A stretch of DNA of 64,000 bases from an uncultured Candidatus Saccharibacteria bacterium. GTDB taxonomy: Bacteria > Patescibacteriota > Minisyncoccia > Phycocordibacterales > JBBTRF01. The notes below the pieces were generated by a model, which saw nothing but the letters and a program-made list of their open reading frames with translations, had not been told where the DNA came from and did no database searches. This document shows positions 20,167 to 29,393 of the stretch, one piece after another. The stretch lies in assembly GCA_964602975.1 (NCBI GenBank), contig CAZRTH010000002.1, positions 7,668 through 71,667 on the forward strand, in the 5' to 3' direction. The number at the start of each line of letters is the position of its first letter. Positions within the stretch are counted from its first letter, which is position 1. Both the position numbers and the translations under genes were made by a program.

Positions 20167-20867
20167 AAGTGATCGGTCTCGGCGGTATCGGTAGTCAGTT
20201 GATATCGCCTCTGTGCCGCTACCTTGATTCGCAGAAGGACGGCAGCATTCAGATCGTCGTCATCGACGGCGACGCATACGAAGCCAGAAATGCCGACCGC
20301 CAGGAATTCTTGGATGTCGGCAATAAGGCTGAAATTACGGCTGCTCGGATGAGGCGGGATTTACCCGGTCTTCTCATCGAGGCGAAGCCTGAATACGTGA
20401 CGGAGGAGAACGTGTTCTTCATGATCAACAACGGCGATATCGTGTTCCTGGGGGTAGACAACCATGCTACTCGGAAACTCGTGTCCGACCGCTGTCGAGA
20501 ATTGGAGGACGTGGCGCTCATCTCCGGCGGGAATGAGCTGATCGACGGCAACGTCCAGATCTATCTCCGCATTGGTGGCAAGGAACTATCGGCCCCGATC
20601 ACGTATCTCCACCCGGAGATCGAACATCCGCGAGATCGGAATCCCGCGGAAATGAGTTGCGAAGAGCTCGCTTCGAGTGGAGTTCCACAGCTGATCTTTA
20701 CCAACTTGACCGCGGCCGTCCTTATGCTCTCAGCATTTCGAATGGTTGGCGCGGTCTTGGCAGGAAAGGGAAAGTTGATATACTCGGAGCAGTTCTTCGA
20801 TGTAGAAACCGGTAACGTCCTGACCTTCTTGCGCAAGCCAGAAGGTCATCACAGAAAGGCAACATGA
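20157..20867 (+). CDS. ThiF/E1-like Ubl-activating enzyme
   Basis: GLGGIG, IDGDAYEARNADRQ, NKA, GVDNHATR, candidate catalytic Cys in MSCEE. Confidence 0.92.
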   Translation: MAIKVIGLGGIGSQLISPLCRYLDSQKDGSIQIVVIDGDAYEARNADRQEFLDVGNKAEITAARMRRDLPGLLIEAKPEYVTEENVFFMINNGDIVFLGVDNHATRKLVSDRCRELEDVALISGGNELIDGNVQIYLRIGGKELSAPITYLHPEIEHPRDRNPAEMSCEELASSGVPQLIFTNLTAAVLMLSAFRMVGAVLAGKGKLIYSEQFFDVETGNVLTFLRKPEGHHRKAT

Positions 20868-21139
20868 CAGAAACGACGACAACACCCGATGGCAGCGCGC
20901 AGCCTCCAGTGCTGGACGCGCCCAGTGTGCAGATCCAGTGTGGCGCCAACAGCCAGAGCATCACGCTCGGCGATGGCGAAGTCCTGACAGTGGGGAATGT
21001 GCGCGAGCGCCTCGGCGACGTGCTCAACCTCGCCCCCACTATGCTCGCCGTTATCGGTGACGAAACAGTGGACGACGACCGCGCCCTCCGGCCCGGAGAA
21101 ACGCTCCAGTTCATCAAGCAGTCCGGGACGAAGGGCTAA
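20864..21139 (+). CDS. Ubiquitin-like (beta-grasp) protein ending in SGTKG
   Basis: 91 aa; TVGNVR helix, LRPGETLQF, C-terminal Gly; ATGA overlap with the E1 gene. Confidence 0.85.
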   Translation: MTETTTTPDGSAQPPVLDAPSVQIQCGANSQSITLGDGEVLTVGNVRERLGDVLNLAPTMLAVIGDETVDDDRALRPGETLQFIKQSGTKG

Positions 21140-21190
21140 CTTATCGGCCACCGCACTCGGCTTCCGTGATGCTGATTCGAAAACGCAACT

Positions 21191-21224
21191 CGGCCTCCTT
21201 TCGGGGAGGTCGGGTTTTTTGTTT
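21191..21224 (+). terminator. Intrinsic terminator of the Ubl operon
   Basis: CGGCCTCCT-TTCG-GGGAGGTCG followed by a T-tract. Confidence 0.7.
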
Positions 21225-21292
21225 GGGAAAAGATGGGTAAATAAAAACAGCAACCAGCCACGATGTGGGGGTTGCCATTCGTCGGCGCTTGT

Positions 21293-21478
21293 TCAGTGCC
21301 TCCTCCGGCGAGCTTTCCGATGGGGTCGCCTGGGAAGGCTTTGATCTCGCACCTCTTCGACGAGAATGTGCTTGTCTACTTGGCACTTGGTGCATGAGCA
21401 GACAAATGAGACGCCGTCTCCTCCGTTGCATTCCGCATGTTTCCCTGATTGGCAGGGGCCACATGACCGTTGTTGCAT
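21293..21478 (-). CDS. Small Cys/His-rich zinc-binding protein with an Arg-rich tail
   Basis: CxxC-x4-H-x2-C...CxCxxC; SD AGAAAGGA upstream. Confidence 0.5.
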   Translation of the reverse strand: MQQRSCGPCQSGKHAECNGGDGVSFVCSCTKCQVDKHILVEEVRDQSLPRRPHRKARRRRH

Positions 21479-21518
21479 GATCGTCCTTTCTTCTTTTTGT
21501 TTGGGGACTGGCGGTGAC

Positions 21519-21968
21519 TCAGAGGCTCATTCGATAGCTGTTCGTCTCACGGATCGTGAAGCCTAGCTTTTTGTAGAGGGCGTTGGCGGCGACACGGCTT
21601 GGGTTCGAGGTGAGATCGAGATGGCTTAGTGAGCCGGGATAGCTGCGGGCTTTTTCGATCAGGCGAGTCATTAATGCTTCGCCGATCTTTTGTCCGCGAT
21701 ACGCATCGTCGACGACCACGTCTTCGATCGTTCCGGAGCTATACAGCGCGGTATGTCGATAGAGAAGCAGGGCCATGCCGACGATCTTGTTCGGGCTGTC
21801 TGTGTCGCGGGCGACGCAGAGCACGCCGAACATCATGGCTCGACGGAGCTGGTTGGGCGAGAATTGCCTTTGGGGCGAGAGCTGGGAGAGGAGCGAGGCG
21901 ATTTGTAGCACCTCGGCTTCGCTGAGCTCGCTGAATGTTTCAATAAAAGAGTAGGTGATGGCGGGCAT
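21519..21968 (-). CDS. GNAT N-acetyltransferase
   Basis: IEDVVVDDAYRGQKIG, LTSNPSRVAANALYKKLGF; start trimmed to MPAITY. Confidence 0.9.
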   Translation of the reverse strand: MPAITYSFIETFSELSEAEVLQIASLLSQLSPQRQFSPNQLRRAMMFGVLCVARDTDSPNKIVGMALLLYRHTALYSSGTIEDVVVDDAYRGQKIGEALMTRLIEKARSYPGSLSHLDLTSNPSRVAANALYKKLGFTIRETNSYRMSL

Positions 21969-22177
21969 AAGAAAGAGCTTTCGGTGAGGGTGAGGCTCGC
22001 GTATCGAGCCGCTGTATCCAAGGTACAGTTTAAATGGGAGGGAGTCAATTGTTGGTGAGTAATTGGTCACAGATAATTTCCTCGCCGACGCTCGGAAATT
22101 TCCGCGACCCCGCCTCGCGGTTCGGCCTGCTGTCCTCACATCCGCTCCGGCTTTCAATTCCTGCCTCCATACTTCCA

Positions 22178-22220
22178 AACAAAAGAAAAAACACTCACGA
22201 AGAGTGTTTTTTCTTTTGTT
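22178..22220. terminator. Bidirectional terminator after tmRNA
   Basis: A-tract-CACTC-ACGAA-GAGTG-T-tract. Confidence 0.7.
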
Positions 22221-22221
22221 G

Positions 22222-22613
22222 TGGAGATGGGAGGAATTGAACCCCCGTGCAGAAGAGTCTAGTGAATGGGTCTACGAAGGGTAGGGCGCTTCTATGTCTG
22301 CGGGGCAGACAATTCGCGCGAGCCGTTATGAAACGACCGAAAAGCGGCTCGCGCTATTCCCATGATTTCGAATCGGCGGCGGGACTCCGCTGATCCCATT
22401 CCACAAATATAGCGTCAGGACCGAACGGTGTGGAAACCATCCGGCTGGCGTCGCTTAGGCTTTCGCGTAAGCGAATGCAAGGTCAGCCGCACCGAAGTAC
22501 GGAGACTTTACAGATCCAAGTTTTGCACTTAGAATTTCCAGCCTTTTTAAGAGTTACTGGAGCTCTCCTTCGCACATTCAAGAGATATTCTTCCGTCGAT
22601 GCCTGGCATCCCC
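22222..22613 (-). ncRNA. ssrA: tmRNA; tag ORF 22526-22455 reads AKLGSVKSPYFGAADLAFAYAKA*
   Basis: 5' GGGGATG..TCGAC; 3' T-arm GGTTCAATTCC..CATCTCCA; TAAGT|GCA resume site; adjacent to smpB. Confidence 0.93.
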
Positions 22614-22639
22614 GTATGAAAATCCTGCGTGCTCGATTG

Positions 22640-23083
22640 TCAACGATCTCGATACTCGCGAGCGACGTCGCGCGCGGCCTGCTTTTTCTTCATGGATTCG
22701 CGCTTGTCATGCTTCTTTTTGCCTTTCACGACTGCGATCTCTACTTTCAACTTCCGACCCTTATTATACACCGAAACAGGCACTATTGTCAAACCTTGTT
22801 TCGCCTCAATATTGGCCAATTCCTGAAGCTCTTTTTTGCTCAACAGGAGCTTGCGAATGCGGGCCTGGTCAAAATCTTTCGGGGCATTGAGGGGTTGGAA
22901 AGGGGGAATCTCGGTGTTCATGAGAAATGCTTCGCCGCCACGGATGGTGACGTAGCCGCCTTCGAGCTTGCCGAGCTTGGCCCGGACGGATTTCACCTCG
23001 GTGCCGAGCAACTCAATGCCTGCCTCGTATTTCTCGAGGATCTCGTAGTCGAGACCGATCTTTTTGTGCTGCAACAGCGCCAT
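22640..23083 (-). CDS. smpB: SsrA-binding protein
   Basis: EAGIELLGTEVKS, RKLLL, GKKKHDKRE. Confidence 0.97.
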   Translation of the reverse strand: MALLQHKKIGLDYEILEKYEAGIELLGTEVKSVRAKLGKLEGGYVTIRGGEAFLMNTEIPPFQPLNAPKDFDQARIRKLLLSKKELQELANIEAKQGLTIVPVSVYNKGRKLKVEIAVVKGKKKHDKRESMKKKQAARDVAREYRDR

Positions 23084-23237
23084 GGGTATCATCATAGCAT
23101 GGGGTATGACGGAGAAAAGGAGAGTTGCCAGAACGCTTTACTTTATACCCGAATTATGGTATTTATATAGTCGGCCTCGTAATAGAAAAACTACATAACC
23201 AAACATAGACAACAAGGAAAAAGAGAAAGGGAAATGC

Positions 23238-23843
23238 ATGAACAACACGAACCTGTCCGTCGGTCTGCTCGTCTCTTTTGGTTTCGTCCTCCTCCTGCTC
23301 GCCATCTTGGTCGGCACTATCTGCTATCGGCTCCACAAGCGCAAGCTGCGTCGGTGCAAGTGCCTCCTGCCTGGTGGCGAAGAGTGCGGCTGCAACCCGA
23401 AGCGCATTGGTCAGCTCTGGCGTCTCGTCGATCCAAACAAGGGCACCGACAATCCAAGCGAGGGTGTGAAATGGCTTGCGCTCGTGCTCACTCAGTGTAG
23501 AACCACAGGGGTGGTCCACTTGGTGAAGGACGAGCAAAAATACTTCAACCCTGTCACGCGTTGGTGGAAGCGTTTGTTCGAGCGAGCGGCATTTTGGCCA
23601 GATTTCGAGCTACTCGTCAGTGCACAAGAAAGTCTGCGAGTGGCGCAGCTCCTCGAGGAGATCGTTCTCACCAGCGGACAGCCCGCTACGATGTTGCTTG
23701 TCGGACCGAAGCGCGATACTGAAATGACTGAGCGCCGAAAGGCAGTGCTACGGATCCTCGATCGCCGTCGGCGAGCGAGGGAGGGGAAGCCTCTCATGCC
23801 AGTTCCGGCTTTGCCGCTCCGCTCGCTTGCGGACTCGCCATAG
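23238..23843 (+). CDS. Hypothetical membrane-anchored protein with a Cys cluster
   Basis: N-terminal TM segment, CKC..CGC, purine-rich SD. Confidence 0.55.
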   Translation: MNNTNLSVGLLVSFGFVLLLLAILVGTICYRLHKRKLRRCKCLLPGGEECGCNPKRIGQLWRLVDPNKGTDNPSEGVKWLALVLTQCRTTGVVHLVKDEQKYFNPVTRWWKRLFERAAFWPDFELLVSAQESLRVAQLLEEIVLTSGQPATMLLVGPKRDTEMTERRKAVLRILDRRRRAREGKPLMPVPALPLRSLADSP

Positions 23844-23958
23844 CAGCATTCCTTGCCTTCGATAGTCCCCATTTGCCTTCGCGAACGCGTCTCCATCACG
23901 GAGCGCGTTCATTTTGTTTTCTTTTTGTCTTCCTCTCGAAAATCTGTATAATCAGGCG

Positions 23959-25941
23959 ATGAATCAGACCACCCCAAACGCACCTGAACATCCCCCTCAG
24001 AAGCCACTCAAAAAAATGCCTAAATTAAAGGGCGGAAAGGAACCAAGCAGCTTTTTGTCCAACCTCCTCACCACCTTGGTGGTGCTGTTCCTGTTGGTCG
24101 GATTGTTTTCGAGCCTCATCAATCCCGGTACGAAAAGCGATACCATTGCGCTCTCCGAGCTAGCTCGTGATGTGAATGACAAGAAGGTGGCGAGCATTAG
24201 CGTGAGCGGAAGCGACCTCACGATCGTATATCACAAGACCAAGCCGGCGGGCGCTACTTCGACCGATGAGGTTGCTGCTGTGGAAAAGAAATCAAAGAAA
24301 GAGACCGACTCTTCGCTCACCGATACTCTCGCTCGATACGGTGTGGAGGCGGAGAAATTGAAGGCGGTGAAGATCGAAATCACCGATCCGAGTGGCTTCC
24401 TCTATTGGTCCGGCCGACTTTTTCCAATCATTCTGCCGCTGATTGGCTTGCTCATTGTCATCTGGTTCCTCTCGCGACAGATGCGCGGAGCGGGCATGCA
24501 GGCAATGTCTTTTGGTCAATCGAAGGCACGCATGATCCTGCCGACCGATGAGAAGCAGCGCGTGAAATTCAAGGATGTTGCGGGTGCAAAAGAGGCGAAA
24601 CAGGAGCTTTCCGAAATCGTGGATTTTTTGAAAAACCCAAGGAAATTTTTTGACATCGGCGCGGTGATCCCGAAGGGGATTTTGTTGATGGGAGCCCCTG
24701 GAACCGGGAAAACGTTGTTGGCCCGAGCTGTTGCTGGCGAGGCTGGTGTCGCTTTCTTCTCGATCTCCGGATCGGAATTTGTCGAAATGTTCGTCGGAGT
24801 CGGTGCTTCCCGTGTCCGAGATTTGTTCAAGATGGCGAAAGAGTCGTCACCGTCGATCATTTTCGTCGACGAGATCGACGCGGTAGGTCGCGTGCGAGGC
24901 ACTGGCGTGGGTGGTGGCAACGATGAGCGTGAGCAGACCTTGAACCAGATCCTCGTGGAGATGGACGGCTTCGAGCCAAATGAAAAGGTGATAGTGATGG
25001 CGGCGACCAACCGGCCAGACGTGCTCGACCCAGCATTGCTTCGCCCCGGCCGATTTGACCGTCGAGTGACCATCGACCTGCCCGACCGAGGTGATCGAGA
25101 GGAAATATTGAAGATCCATTCGGCGAAGAAACCGTTTGCGGAAGATGTGAATTTGAAAGTGATCGCTGAACGAACTCCGGGCTTTTCCGGTGCCGATCTG
25201 TATTCGCTCATGAATGAGGGCGCTATTCTCGCTGCTCGGGAGGATCGAAAGAAGGTGGCGCAATTCGACCTGATCCGCGCGATCGAGAAGGTGATGCTCG
25301 GTCCGGAACGACGCAGCCATTTGCTATCGAAAAAAGAAAAGGAAGTGACCGCATACCATGAGGCGGGCCACGCGCTCATCTCTTCGGTGCTGCCGCACGC
25401 CGATCCAGTGCACAAGATATCGATCATTTCTCGCGGTCGTGCTGCAGGGTACACCTTGCATCTGCCGCTCGAAGATCGAAAGATGCAGTCGAAGAAAGAA
25501 TTTTTGGATGATATCGCGGTGTCACTCGGCGGCTATGTAGTGGAGAAGATGGTGTTCGGAGATATCACGACCGGTCCGTCGAATGATTTGCAGGTCTCGA
25601 CCGCGTTGGCTCGTGACATGGTGACGAAGTATGGCATGTCCGACAAGCTCGGCCCGATCGCCTTAGAGAGCTCCGGCGGCCGACCGTTGTTTGGTCGTGG
25701 TGTTGAAGACAAGGAATACTCCGAGCGAGTGAGTGCGGAAATCGACGCGGAGGTGGCTCGTATCATGACTGAGGCTCGCGCGAAGGCTGAGGAAGTGGTG
25801 ACAAAGCATCGTGCCGCACTCGATGCGATCGCTGCGCGTCTCGTGGAAGCGGAAACGATCGAACGCGAGGAGTATGAGAAGCTGGTGCTGGCTTTTGGGA
25901 TCGTGGCGAAGAAAAAAGATATCATTACGCCGACAGCGTAG
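23959..25941 (+). CDS. ftsH: ATP-dependent zinc metalloprotease FtsH
   Basis: Two TM segments, [15 protein letters not shown], second region of homology, HEAGH. Confidence 0.97.
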   Translation: MNQTTPNAPEHPPQKPLKKMPKLKGGKEPSSFLSNLLTTLVVLFLLVGLFSSLINPGTKSDTIALSELARDVNDKKVASISVSGSDLTIVYHKTKPAGATSTDEVAAVEKKSKKETDSSLTDTLARYGVEAEKLKAVKIEITDPSGFLYWSGRLFPIILPLIGLLIVIWFLSRQMRGAGMQAMSFGQSKARMILPTDEKQRVKFKDVAGAKEAKQELSEIVDFLKNPRKFFDIGAVIPKGILLMGAPGTGKTLLARAVAGEAGVAFFSISGSEFVEMFVGVGASRVRDLFKMAKESSPSIIFVDEIDAVGRVRGTGVGGGNDEREQTLNQILVEMDGFEPNEKVIVMAATNRPDVLDPALLRPGRFDRRVTIDLPDRGDREEILKIHSAKKPFAEDVNLKVIAERTPGFSGADLYSLMNEGAILAAREDRKKVAQFDLIRAIEKVMLGPERRSHLLSKKEKEVTAYHEAGHALISSVLPHADPVHKISIISRGRAAGYTLHLPLEDRKMQSKKEFLDDIAVSLGGYVVEKMVFGDITTGPSNDLQVSTALARDMVTKYGMSDKLGPIALESSGGRPLFGRGVEDKEYSERVSAEIDAEVARIMTEARAKAEEVVTKHRAALDAIAARLVEAETIEREEYEKLVLAFGIVAKKKDIITPTA

Positions 25942-26031
25942 AGAGAATGCTTGCTTAATCAGCTCTTTTGTTGTATAAAGTGCCGAGCAAAAGTAACCTG
26001 CCATTGTTGGTGGGAATAGCACCGCACTCCT

Positions 26032-26343
26032 ATGAAAAAGAGAAAATCCAGAACTTCAAGAGCTCCGAAAGCCTCAAGGGCCCCAAGAGCGCCGAGGAAA
26101 AATCCCTACAGCGAATGGGATGAAGATCGAGTGATGAAAGAAGTGGATCGCCAAAAGTCTTTGCGCCCAGCATCGAGGGCGGGGAAATGGGCTCGAACTC
26201 ACGCTCTTAATTTGCTAGGTCTGGCCATCTTGGATGTGCCGATGAAGCGGCCCCCTAAAACGGGCTCCTCTCTCGCTGCTCGCCTCAATCCTTTCCGTGC
26301 CGGCATGGAGCCAGAGCCCGAGTTCGACGGGAGGGCGGCATGA
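26032..26343 (+). CDS. Small basic hypothetical protein
   Basis: Overlaps the next ORF by ATGA; shares an NPxxxWxExRV motif with it. Confidence 0.5.
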   Translation: MKKRKSRTSRAPKASRAPRAPRKNPYSEWDEDRVMKEVDRQKSLRPASRAGKWARTHALNLLGLAILDVPMKRPPKTGSSLAARLNPFRAGMEPEPEFDGRAA

Positions 26344-26531
26344 GTCAATTCGTCCCGAGGACAAATCCGTTCTTTGACTGGAATGAGGGGCGGGTCCGCG
26401 ACGAGATCGCGAAGCTGAATGTTCCGGCAGAATTGCTCAAGACCTGGTCGGCCGGCGAGAAACAACGCCGGACTATCATGCTCAAAGGTTTGAGGGAACG
26501 GTTGGATGAGATCCTGCGTTCTCAGCAGTAG
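26340..26531 (+). CDS. Small hypothetical protein
   Basis: NPFFDWNEGRV; terminator-like hairpin after the stop. Confidence 0.5.
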   Translation: MSQFVPRTNPFFDWNEGRVRDEIAKLNVPAELLKTWSAGEKQRRTIMLKGLRERLDEILRSQQ

Positions 26532-26699
26532 CTGACACAGCGAAACCACGCCCTCGCAAGACGGCGCGGTTTTTTCTTTAGGTAGATTGTTTGCGGATAC
26601 CACTGCGTTCCATTATGATACGTCTATGCGCCCGTATATGCATACGGACGCTGCGCTCGGAGCAAAAGCTCGAGCGGACTCGTTCTTTGCTCCTCACTT

Positions 26700-26775
26700 G
26701 CGCCCGTAGCTCAGTTGGTAGAGCAGGTGTCTTATACACACCTGGCCGGGGGTTCGAATCCCTCCGGGCGCACCA
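26700..26775 (+). tRNA. tRNA-Ile(UAU)
   Basis: Acceptor GCGCCCG/CGGGCGC-ACCA; anticodon arm GGTGT-CTTATAC-ACACC; GGTTCGAATCC. Confidence 0.93.
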
Positions 26776-26805
26776 ATCCACTTTATTCTCCTTTCCGTGA
26801 CATCT

Positions 26806-27777
26806 TTAAGAGAGGTGAGCATTCAAGACGCGTAGAGCGTTCCTCCAAGCCATCTTTTCTTTGAAGGCTTTCAGATTTTTTGATCTCCCGCCGATTTCTT
26901 TTAGAAAGGGAGGTAGACCTGTCACTGAACGAAGTCTTTCAGGAAAACCAGACACGATCCCGCCAAAATCTGAGCCAATAGCGATCGAACTTTCTCCCGC
27001 GATCTTCACGATGTGATCAATATGACCTTTGACCGTCTGTATCGTGGCGCGCTTGTCGCCGGATAGAAATCTCTTTGAGAAAAATACTCCAATCACGCCT
27101 TTGGTCTTGGCGATATGCCTCAGTTGATCATCGCTATAATTTCTTACATTATCGAGCACTGCTCGGGCATTGCCGTGGCTCACGAAGATCGGTTTCGTGA
27201 CGATCTTGCTAGCATCCCAAAAAGTCCTTTCGTTCATGTGGGCGACGTCAAAAATGACGCCCTTCTTTTCACACCAAGTGATGAGTTTCTTGCCCAGTTC
27301 GGTCAGGCCTCGCGTCGAATCGAGCGTCCCTCCGCCAAACGGATTGTTGATATTCCACATCGGTCCGATCGAGCGGAGACCGAGCGAGTAGAAGCGCTCA
27401 AGCATTTTCCAACCGTCTTTCTCATCGAAGACATTGAGGCCTTCAATGTGAAGTATGAGGCCGTATAGTCCGTCAGTCGTCAGAACTTTCTTCAGATCTC
27501 GTCGGTCTTTGATGATGGTAAATTCAGGATGTGCCGCACAGTAGTCGGCATAAGCTCTTAAACTTTCTTCCATTAGAATATTTGCAGAAGGGTCGAGATA
27601 ATTTTCTTTTTCTGGCACGACAAACACCGAAGCTACGACGACCTTGAGTCCGCTCTTCTTTATCTGCTCGAAGCTTGTTTGCTTGTGCTTATCTTTATAC
27701 AACTCAGGACGAGAAACATAGAGCATCAGGTCTTGGTGCAGGTCAATTATGTTCATTTGTTTTATATTTTTTGTCAT
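26806..27777 (-). CDS. Membrane dipeptidase (peptidase M19)
   Basis: DLHQD, HIEG, DVAH, SHGN, RN, GSDFGG. Confidence 0.9.
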   Translation of the reverse strand: MTKNIKQMNIIDLHQDLMLYVSRPELYKDKHKQTSFEQIKKSGLKVVVASVFVVPEKENYLDPSANILMEESLRAYADYCAAHPEFTIIKDRRDLKKVLTTDGLYGLILHIEGLNVFDEKDGWKMLERFYSLGLRSIGPMWNINNPFGGGTLDSTRGLTELGKKLITWCEKKGVIFDVAHMNERTFWDASKIVTKPIFVSHGNARAVLDNVRNYSDDQLRHIAKTKGVIGVFFSKRFLSGDKRATIQTVKGHIDHIVKIAGESSIAIGSDFGGIVSGFPERLRSVTGLPPFLKEIGGRSKNLKAFKEKMAWRNALRVLNAHLS

Positions 27778-27885
27778 CTTTCTGAATTCGACGCCTCCGA
27801 CCGCCGCGTGTTGGGTTGGTCTCGGTCAAATTCAGGAAAATGACGGCGAGTGTGAGCTCGCCGCACCCTTGCTACAAGAAAAGGA

Positions 27886-29133
27886 TCAAGGAGTCCTTTG
27901 AGTCCGTTCGAACAGTTTCCGATAGAGCTGTCGCTCGTTGTTCTGCATCGTGTCCAGGAACTTTCTCATCGTGCTGAATGGAACATCGAGATACCCGTCA
28001 CAGATCTGCATCTCTCCGCCCATGACCTCGAGGTCGTGTTGGGAGAAAAAAGCGTCTGTGGCCGGATCGTGATACAGATCCCACTTTTTCCCGTGCTCCC
28101 GGACGATAGGTAGAATGCCCCGGAGGGCTGCATCGCACGCATTGTGGATGTCCGGAGAATGCAGACTCCGTCTTTTCACCGTCTGGATGTCTCGGATCGC
28201 TTCGTGCGCGTGCATCACGGACCTAGATATTTCGCATTGCTGCGGATATCCGAAACGGAAGAGCGTCACCGGCACGATCTTCGCTTCGATCCTTTTGGGG
28301 ACCAGGTCGGGAGCGTGTCGGCCGATCAATTCCAGCACCTTTCGGATATTCTGGATGAAATCAGGCTTCGTGGCGTATCCGATCATGTCTGGGCCGGAGA
28401 GTTCGTAGATCGTCTTGTCACCGAATTGCCAATATGCCCAGAGGTAGAAGCTCGCCACCACCAACTCGAAGGTATAGAGTGGTCCGCCTTTTGGTTCGTA
28501 TCCGTGAGGATTCCAAACGAGCTTCTCAAGCTCTGCCAGTGTGCCCATGGCTGAAGCGGCGAGGTCTTTCAGATTTACCCGGGCTTCGTTGTGGACGCAC
28601 TTTGCTGTGAAGAACGAACCGTGACTTTCCAGCTTCACCATGCACCCGCAGGGCAGGACATATCGGCCGAGAAGTTCCGGACGATAGGTCTGCACGATCT
28701 CGAAGACTCGTGTCAGTTTGTTCCGATGCCTGAGCAATACTTGCGACTGTGTGGTGATGAGATCGCCATACAGCTTTCTCAGCGGAGCGACGTGGAGGTG
28801 GGAGAGGGTCTGCCTCTCACCATTCTCGCCGGTCCAATGATAGGGTGTGAGATATTTGGTCGTATCTTCGGGACGTAGTGCGGGCATTTGAGGGAGCAAC
28901 GGCCACTTTTCTCCGCCCAGCAGGCGGTATTGCGGCTGATTGTTCACGTCACGATGCACGCAAGTGACATCCCAGATGCAGTCAGGCAGTCTGGCTTGGG
29001 ACATCAGGAGCTTATAAGGGCTCCAGTTGCCGGCATGAGATGAGCGCCGGACACAATGGCCGGCCTTGTCGAATTCGACGAGTTGGCGAGCGGTGATATT
29101 TTCGCAGGGGGTGATGGACAGATGTTCGAACAT
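27886..29133 (-). CDS. Hypothetical protein (415 aa)
   Basis: SD AAAGGA before MFEHLS; HAGN and PCGC motifs; family not recognised. Confidence 0.65.
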   Translation of the reverse strand: MFEHLSITPCENITARQLVEFDKAGHCVRRSSHAGNWSPYKLLMSQARLPDCIWDVTCVHRDVNNQPQYRLLGGEKWPLLPQMPALRPEDTTKYLTPYHWTGENGERQTLSHLHVAPLRKLYGDLITTQSQVLLRHRNKLTRVFEIVQTYRPELLGRYVLPCGCMVKLESHGSFFTAKCVHNEARVNLKDLAASAMGTLAELEKLVWNPHGYEPKGGPLYTFELVVASFYLWAYWQFGDKTIYELSGPDMIGYATKPDFIQNIRKVLELIGRHAPDLVPKRIEAKIVPVTLFRFGYPQQCEISRSVMHAHEAIRDIQTVKRRSLHSPDIHNACDAALRGILPIVREHGKKWDLYHDPATDAFFSQHDLEVMGGEMQICDGYLDVPFSTMRKFLDTMQNNERQLYRKLFERTQRTP

Positions 29134-29393
29134 ACCGATTTCCTTTCGTGTAGAGGGTTTGTAAAGAACGAAAGCAGCCTTCACTCGAAGGCTGCTGTGT
29201 ATTTTGGAAACCGACGGGGAGGAGGGGTCTAGGAGTTTGTACTTGATCCAACACACAAAGCAGCTCTCGAATGAGCCTGGGTATATCGCTTCCAGAGATG
29301 CTTTGATGTGAATGTAAGTATCACGTTGGGTAGTATAGGGCCGAATGTGTTGGCTTGTCAAATCTGTACTTTGTTTTAAATATTTTTTCGTAG

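Noticed and set aside
20157-21139. ThiF-ThiS or MoeB-MoaD cofactor biosynthesis
   Set aside because: No thiamine or Moco genes nearby, no GG terminus, and an E2 is present.
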